This document shows, one piece after another, positions 6,810-12,037 of a stretch of 12,037 nucleotides of DNA (its first letter is position 1; every line of letters begins with the position of its first letter). Made by a program: the position numbers and the translations under genes. Source of the DNA: Candidatus Thorarchaeota archaeon (GTDB lineage: Archaea > Asgardarchaeota > Thorarchaeia > Thorarchaeales > Thorarchaeaceae); the NCBI GenBank assembly GCA_029858305.1, contig JAOUFI010000069.1, positions 1-12,037 on the forward strand, read 5' to 3'. The notes beneath the pieces are model-generated. The model was not told the origin of the DNA, searched no databases, and saw only the letters and a program-made list of their open reading frames with translations.

Positions 6810-7379
6810 CTATTCTACTGGGAGAACATCAGCAAGGTATACTGTTTCATGCTCCCGGGCAAGATTATCCATCATTATTGTATCGTATCTCTTCGCCCCG
6901 ATTATACGTGACTCTCGGCGTCGCCCGATTTCCTTGAATCCGACTTTCTTGTAACAGGCGAGAGCTCTCTTGTTGAATGAGTATGTACCAAGATTGACAC
7001 TATTCATGTTCAAAATGTTAAATGCATACTCAAGAAGTAGATGAAGAGCCTCGGTTCCGAAGCCTCGATCCCAATGGGTCTTTTCTCCGATTACAATACC
7101 TAGTCTACAACTTCGGTTGACCTCATCCAAAGAGCCTAGAAAGCATCGGCCTATGAGATAATCTGACTCGATTTCAAGAATGTCAAACCCGTGCATCTTT
7201 TCTTTAATAATTGAGGCGATGTTCTCCTCTGTCGTTTCAATTGTTGTTGGCGTGTAGGGTTCACTCCCCAATGGAATTCCAACCTCTAGATCGTTATCCC
7301 ATCTTGCCCAGCTCTCTGCTGAATCATTGCTTACGGGTGAAAGATAGCAGATTCTACCAATTAGTTTCTTGAAATACAT
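6810..7379 (-). CDS. GNAT N-acetyltransferase, RimJ/RimL (Acetyltransf_3) family
   Basis: LGIVIGEKTHWDRGFGTEALHLLLEYAFNILNMNSVNLGTYSFNKRALACYKKVGFKEIGRRRE is typical of RimJ/RimL/SpeG-like GNATs. Confidence 0.9.
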   Translation of the reverse strand: MYFKKLIGRICYLSPVSNDSAESWARWDNDLEVGIPLGSEPYTPTTIETTEENIASIIKEKMHGFDILEIESDYLIGRCFLGSLDEVNRSCRLGIVIGEKTHWDRGFGTEALHLLLEYAFNILNMNSVNLGTYSFNKRALACYKKVGFKEIGRRRESRIIGAKRYDTIMMDNLAREHETVYLADVLPVE

Positions 7380-7546
7380 TGAACGTTCAGTCTCCCAGAC
7401 TTTCGCAACCCGACATTGTTATCAAGTATTTTATCTGAGCACTACAGAATCACATGTTTATTCGTCGCGGTTTCCATGTTTTTCCGAGGCTCTTCCAAAT
7501 CTGGATTAATGATATTCTTCAACATATGTGATACAAATAGAATGAA

Positions 7547-7570
7547 AGAAGGGACCCAAAGATCCCTTCT
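7547..7570 (-). terminator. Hairpin followed by a U-rich tract downstream of the M14 peptidase gene
   Basis: Minus strand AGAAGGGATC-TTTG-GGTCCCTTCT forms a 10-bp stem including one G-U pair. It is followed by TTCATTCTATTT and sits about 20 nt after the stop codon. Confidence 0.6.
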
Positions 7571-7589
7571 CAATGGTAGATGGAGAGCT

Positions 7590-9281
7590 TTACCGTTTTT
7601 TCATGTACACAAAGACTACAACAGCGACCAACACCACACCGACACTGATACCAATTAAGACGAGATCAAGACCTATGGTGGTTCCCGCAGTGAGTTGGAA
7701 TTGGGTGTATCCAGTGTAGTTGTTTCCTATCAGGATGGTGTATTGAGAACCTCCTAAGTCATCAGAAAGAATGAATGAAGGATAATCAGTAAGGGTTTGG
7801 TCAGCCCCAATAGCAATAGCAGTATCAAGAACGACACTGTTGTTGTCAAGGACCTTCATTGATTCCTTACTTCCTAACCGTGGACTCAGACATTGCATCG
7901 AAGCAGTTAGTGTCACACTATCGCCAGTATTGACACCTCCCGAGATACCTGTAATCTCAATATCAACACGAGGTGTCATCTCCAGAAAGTACTCAAAGGC
8001 TGGAGCGAGTTCGAGCCAGAGAGTCTGGATATACTCAGGAGTGGGATTGAAGTAGCCATAGATGCCTTCCCATTCGCGAATCATGTGTGTGTTGTTGTTC
8101 TCTATGATAACATAGGCTTCTTCAACATTTACAGATTCATTGGTATAGACCTCAAAAGTTATTGGAACGGTGCAGCCCTGCTCATAATACATCCACTCTC
8201 CCCAACCTCCTGCTGTTGCTGATTCGATTTGACGATATTCACTAGCTGGATAGCCGATTCCTTGATTGAACCCTGATGGGAGAATATCACGGTAATCACT
8301 CGCAATCTGGTAGTAGAGAAGTGGCTCTACCCAATCAAAGGATGTGTCTTGTACAAAGAAGGTAGCATTTGTGCCTGAGTGGAGGGAGTATGCCATGGCG
8401 AACTTGTGTTGCTGTGCGAAATCCCTGAATGCCTGAGTTTCAGGCTCTGAGAAGGGAGCAGATCCGCGATACTCCTGTGTTGTAACATCTGTATTTCCAA
8501 TGTCCCAAAGGACAGGATAGTTACGGTTCAGATCCACAAGTCCAACTTCATCCTCATTGTATAAGGTATCATTGTCATTATCAATACCCTCCCAGTACTC
8601 CCAGTCGTAGTCATAAATATGGGGAACTTCTGTCGGATAGGCTTTTTCGTAAACAAGGAAATTAGAAATCCATCCGTCACCGTCCGTATCCTCTGCATCA
8701 TCCTCTCCAAATAACCCATCACCGTCGTTGTCGTATGGTCTCAGATTCTTTCTGAGCCAATGATTACCTTCGTTGATGACAATCTCGAGTGCGTCTGGGT
8801 TCAAAGTGGGAATGACATAGATTTCCTGTGTATCTACATACTCTGTTAGAACTGTGTCAGTACCATAGCCATTGAGTAGCCATAGAATAAATCGAAGCGC
8901 AAGCTCCACTGTAATCTGTTCACGTCCATGATGCTGAGCGACAATCAGTGTCTTTGCCTTTTGGACCGTATTCAACTCATTTGTGATTCGAAGGCTGGTG
9001 ATATTTCTGCCTTCAAAGCTCTCACCAATTATCTCTATGTCGACAAGTTCAGGAACAAGACTAAGGATATTTTCAATCTCTTCGTCAAGTTTTGCAGGAT
9101 CATGAAACTGATCTTCATAGATGAGAGATAGCAGATCCCATGTTCGTGTGACAGAAGGGAATACGACTTTTTCAGCCACAGGAACGTAATTCTCATTCTG
9201 CGCTGCCATTACCTCGGTAGGGAGTAGAGTAGCAGAGAGAAGGAGAACTAGAAAGATTATAAAATTTCGTGATAGCCTGAT
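7590..9281 (-). CDS. Secreted, C-terminally membrane-anchored M14 zinc carboxypeptidase with DxDxDG Ca-binding insert
   Basis: Motifs HGRE (HxxE), RKN, DLNRNY, SLHSG and TFEV (catalytic Glu). C-terminal TM helix followed by KKR. The frame stays open 24 codons upstream of ATG 9209 and encodes a signal peptide starting at ATC 9281 behind a GAGGTGA SD. The start position is inferred. Confidence 0.9.
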   Translation of the reverse strand: MRLSRNFIIFLVLLLSATLLPTEVMAAQNENYVPVAEKVVFPSVTRTWDLLSLIYEDQFHDPAKLDEEIENILSLVPELVDIEIIGESFEGRNITSLRITNELNTVQKAKTLIVAQHHGREQITVELALRFILWLLNGYGTDTVLTEYVDTQEIYVIPTLNPDALEIVINEGNHWLRKNLRPYDNDGDGLFGEDDAEDTDGDGWISNFLVYEKAYPTEVPHIYDYDWEYWEGIDNDNDTLYNEDEVGLVDLNRNYPVLWDIGNTDVTTQEYRGSAPFSEPETQAFRDFAQQHKFAMAYSLHSGTNATFFVQDTSFDWVEPLLYYQIASDYRDILPSGFNQGIGYPASEYRQIESATAGGWGEWMYYEQGCTVPITFEVYTNESVNVEEAYVIIENNNTHMIREWEGIYGYFNPTPEYIQTLWLELAPAFEYFLEMTPRVDIEITGISGGVNTGDSVTLTASMQCLSPRLGSKESMKVLDNNSVVLDTAIAIGADQTLTDYPSFILSDDLGGSQYTILIGNNYTGYTQFQLTAGTTIGLDLVLIGISVGVVLVAVVVFVYMKKR

Positions 9282-9431
9282 ATTAGTTCACCTCATATTC
9301 ACCGGATAGCAGAGTATCAAAGGGCGTGCCTGTCTTCTGCAAATAAAGGAAAGAAGCTTCAATCTACATAATAAGCAGTTAGATTAACGTAAGCATTTAT
9401 CTGTTGAAGAGTGTAAGCCATTACGAACGGC

Positions 9432-9500
9432 TTATAGTTATAACCTATTGTAATATATTATAAAATAAGATTTCTGGCTGTGCTGGATGTAATATTAACC
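9432..9500. promoter_or_regulatory. AT-rich divergent promoter region with palindromic TATA-like motifs
   Basis: GTTATAAC (9437-9444), TAATATATTA (9451-9460) and TAATATTA (9490-9497) lie between the divergent M14 and thioredoxin-like genes. Confidence 0.4.
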
Positions 9501-9568
9501 TAAAAATTGACTTGTGCATGGTTCACTGATGTCTATGAGATGAGCAAATGAAAGCCGAGGTAGAGCAA

Positions 9569-9883
9569 ATGTCAGAAACACAATCCACAACAACGCCTTG
9601 TGGAAAGTGTGGGTGTATTATCATGTACAAAGGAGAGATCTGCATTTTTTGTGATGCGGTTATCGAAATCCTACAAGAAGCCCTGTCTAGCTTCGGAGTT
9701 CCAAGAAGTGCCATCCGCTCAGTAGATATAGATTCGGAGGACACCTGTGGATGCAGTATTGATGATATTCAGATGCTGCCCACTATCAAAATATGCGATG
9801 TGAAGCTCACTGGAATACCAGATGAACAAATAGTGAATGATGCAGTAATTAGAGCTATCATGAAAGATTGCTTCTGTGAGTAA
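9569..9883 (+). CDS. Small Cys-rich thioredoxin/glutaredoxin-fold protein
   Basis: CIFC (CxxC) follows a beta strand (IIMYKGE). VDID and LPTIKI (cis-Pro motif) are present, then GIPD plus a C-terminal helix. 10 Cys in total. The GAGGT SD favours ATG 9569. Confidence 0.75.
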   Translation: MSETQSTTTPCGKCGCIIMYKGEICIFCDAVIEILQEALSSFGVPRSAIRSVDIDSEDTCGCSIDDIQMLPTIKICDVKLTGIPDEQIVNDAVIRAIMKDCFCE

Positions 9884-9889
9884 TACTCT

Positions 9890-10402
9890 CTATTCTTTCC
9901 AAACATATGTGAAATCGCAACAGTCATCGCCATTCATCAGGGTCTTGGTGCGAACTAACTCAATTTTTGGATGATAGATACTTGCAGAAACAAAATCGTT
10001 GTCGCACATGGTTAATTGGCCTAGCTCAGCTGCGCCTAACTCCTGCATTGTCTTTGCCCAGATGCATTCGGTCACCCTGTATGTCACTCTGTCGGGCTTA
10101 TCATCAGTAGTCTGGCTGGTGTGGGTATGTTTCACATGAGGCCCATTCCACATCTCATCCTGAACCTTCTTAAAGTCCTCAAAGGTCTCAATCTGAATTC
10201 CTTTATTTTTTATAAAACGCTCCATGCTTCTAACTGTTCGTTTCTTTGTCCAGTCACGGAGTAATTTGTGCGCCTTTTCTTTGCCTAAGGTTGTTTCCAG
10301 CTCTTTTTGGAGAGCAACTTCTCCTTCCATCGTGTCCTTGATATATTGACTATAGGTAAGTTCGAATTTCGCATCGAACTTGTGCGTTTCTGAATCAGTC
10401 AT
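9890..10402 (-). CDS. L-2-amino-thiazoline-4-carboxylic acid hydrolase (ATC_hydrolase) family protein
   Basis: Signature VTECIWAK...LGAAELG...CDNDF...IELVRTKTLMNGDDCCDF. A GAGGT SD lies upstream of the ATG. Confidence 0.85.
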   Translation of the reverse strand: MTDSETHKFDAKFELTYSQYIKDTMEGEVALQKELETTLGKEKAHKLLRDWTKKRTVRSMERFIKNKGIQIETFEDFKKVQDEMWNGPHVKHTHTSQTTDDKPDRVTYRVTECIWAKTMQELGAAELGQLTMCDNDFVSASIYHPKIELVRTKTLMNGDDCCDFTYVWKE

Positions 10403-10539
10403 ATGGATACCTCGTTCTTGTGTGAAGTGCCGTTCCTCCTTATTGAGCCTATATTAACTGACTTTTCAACGCAGGTTGGTCAAACGGAAGGGCTTGACTA
10501 TATGGCGGAAATCATCAAGATACTCTCAAATATACACGC

Positions 10540-10995
10540 CTAGAAATCAAGTTGAATTGTTTCCCATCGGACGCGTCCAGATTCAACTGCTTCCTTAATC
10601 TTCCTCTCAGTCTTGTTCAGAGTTGCATTCCCTGTCTTAATATCAGCAAGAATGACTGTGATAGGGTCATCAGAGTTATTGTCTTTGACAGCAGTGTAGC
10701 CATCAAAGATGAGATAGTCGATGGGAGCACCAATAAAACGAGCATCGGATGGATCATACTTGAATATATCTGAAAGAAGTGGAACCATATGCTCTGCTAT
10801 CTTCCCCTTCAGGACATAGCGACTTCTATCCGCAGCATCCCTACGAACAGAAGATTCCTGTTCAGCCCAGGTCTTTTCAAACTCCTTAGTCACAAGCGAG
10901 ATTCGATGTCGTAGCTGCATCTTCATGATAAAGAAGATACAAACCGCTACAATCAGACCGATTGCAAGTCCAATCAGAGTGTCCTCGAAAGCCAT
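10540..10995 (-). CDS. Holliday junction resolvase-like PD-(D/E)xK endonuclease (Endonuc_Holl family) with N-terminal TM anchor
   Basis: SRYVLKGKIAEHMVP, DARFIGAPIDYLIFDG, DIKTG...L...E.KIKEAVESGRVRW, plus an N-terminal hydrophobic helix. ATG 10995 is preferred over 11019. Confidence 0.85.
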   Translation of the reverse strand: MAFEDTLIGLAIGLIVAVCIFFIMKMQLRHRISLVTKEFEKTWAEQESSVRRDAADRSRYVLKGKIAEHMVPLLSDIFKYDPSDARFIGAPIDYLIFDGYTAVKDNNSDDPITVILADIKTGNATLNKTERKIKEAVESGRVRWETIQLDF

Positions 10996-11160
10996 ACGTA
11001 CTGGTATATACAATTGCATATATTCTCAGGTAATAGGGGGATATTCGCTGGGGGATATGTAAAATGAAAGAGAAAGAAGACATTACATGACAGTAAATTG
11101 TCATCGAATAATAAGATGATGCTTAAGTGTGAGTAATGCCTTGGGAAAACGGTGGATAGA

Positions 11161-12036
11161 ATGTCGGAGCATATCCTTGACCTCTTGAAAACGCTCTCTG
11201 CAACTCCTGGACCGGTGGGACGGGAGGATTTGGTTCAGGAGATAATGAAGAGGGAGCTTGGCAACTACTGTGAACATGTAGACATAGATAAGATTGGCAA
11301 TCTCATTGCTACACTGGAGGGAAGCAAGAAGCACTATACAATCGTTGCTCATGCAGATGAAGTTGGGTTTCTTGTGAGTGGGATTGATGATAGAGGGTTT
11401 ATTCATGCAAAGTGGAATACACAGGGTCATATGCCCGATCTTCGATTGCTTCCCGGACAATGGGTCTTAATCATGACAGAGAGAGGTCTGATTCCGGGAT
11501 GTTTTGCGGTCAAGACTGGACATATCGCTGGTGAAGAGGGTAAGAATCGAATCCCTACGTATGAAGAAGTGTTCCTTGACATCGGTTTCAACTCTCGAGA
11601 TGAGGTCGAAGAATATGGTATTCATATTGGAGACCCGATTATCTATGCTGCCCCGGTTGAGAGCGTTGGACACAACCTATGTGGTAAATCAATGGATGAT
11701 AGGATTGGTCTTGTCATCATGATATTGCTAGCACAGGAATTATCTAAGATTCCAATGGCTAAACGCCCAAAAATCACCTTTGTATCAACTGTTATGGAGG
11801 AACTTGGAGCCAGGGGAGCTGCAGCAATTGCGAGAGATCTCGATGTCGAGGGGGTTCTCATCCTTGATATTGGACTTGCGGATGATTATCCGGGGACAAA
11901 GGGAGAAGCTGGTGTTGCCTTGGGGAAGGGACCTGTAATAGTTATCAAAGATAATGCAATGCATTACTCTCACAAGTTGATACAGGAAATTCTAGATACA
12001 GCTGGGAAGGAAGAGATACCAGTTCAACGTGCGGTT
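11161..12036 (+). CDS. M42 family (TET-like) metalloaminopeptidase, 3'-truncated by the window edge
   Basis: Absent from the ORF track because there is no stop in the window. Translation: MSEHILDLLKTLSATPGPVGRED...DKIGNLIA...AHADEVG...FLDIG...GKSMDDRIG...TVMEELGARGA...ILDIG...LGKGP. The metal-ligand motifs H-x-D, DDR and EE are present. GGTGGA SD upstream. Confidence 0.93.
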   Translation, partial: MSEHILDLLKTLSATPGPVGREDLVQEIMKRELGNYCEHVDIDKIGNLIATLEGSKKHYTIVAHADEVGFLVSGIDDRGFIHAKWNTQGHMPDLRLLPGQWVLIMTERGLIPGCFAVKTGHIAGEEGKNRIPTYEEVFLDIGFNSRDEVEEYGIHIGDPIIYAAPVESVGHNLCGKSMDDRIGLVIMILLAQELSKIPMAKRPKITFVSTVMEELGARGAAAIARDLDVEGVLILDIGLADDYPGTKGEAGVALGKGPVIVIKDNAMHYSHKLIQEILDTAGKEEIPVQRAV

Positions 12037-12037
12037 T

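Noticed and set aside
2658-11104. Other short track ORFs (2658, 2677, 3078, 4502, 4609, 5251, 5475, 6029, 7416, 7840, 8528, 8928, 9523, 10552, 10886)
   Set aside because: Each overlaps or lies opposite a better-supported gene and lacks recognisable features.
11101-11973. Short ORFs 11101-11460, 11467-11673, 11504-11722, 11643-11861 and 11785-11973
   Set aside because: They are antisense or out-of-frame shadows of the clear M42 peptidase gene on frame +1.

Overview
An archaeal chromosomal window, judged from GAGGTGA/GGTG Shine-Dalgarno motifs, AT-rich TATA-like promoters and a crenarchaeal-type SSB OB fold. The gene content (membrane-anchored peptidase, ATC-hydrolase-family protein) resembles Asgard/Thorarchaeia, but that assignment is inference. 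The left part (676-3983) holds an arsenosugar-type biosynthesis module: an ArsS-like radical SAM protein, TIGR04282- and TIGR04283-type glycosyltransferases and an unknown polytopic membrane protein. Two copies of a 61-bp direct repeat (536-596 and 4053-4113, 53/61 identical) bracket this module. The middle encodes a surface protein with a superoxide-reductase-like domain, a GNAT acetyltransferase fused to an SSB/RPA-type OB fold, two hypothetical proteins, a RimJ/RimL-type GNAT and a membrane-anchored M14 carboxypeptidase. The carboxypeptidase's signal peptide is in frame but can only be translated from a non-canonical ATC start. The right part encodes a Cys-rich thioredoxin-fold protein, an ATC-hydrolase-family protein, a membrane-anchored Holliday-junction-resolvase-like nuclease and a 3'-truncated M42 aminopeptidase missed by the ORF track. 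I saw no rRNA, tRNA, CRISPR array, transposase or integrase. Family calls come from motif recognition, not database searches.
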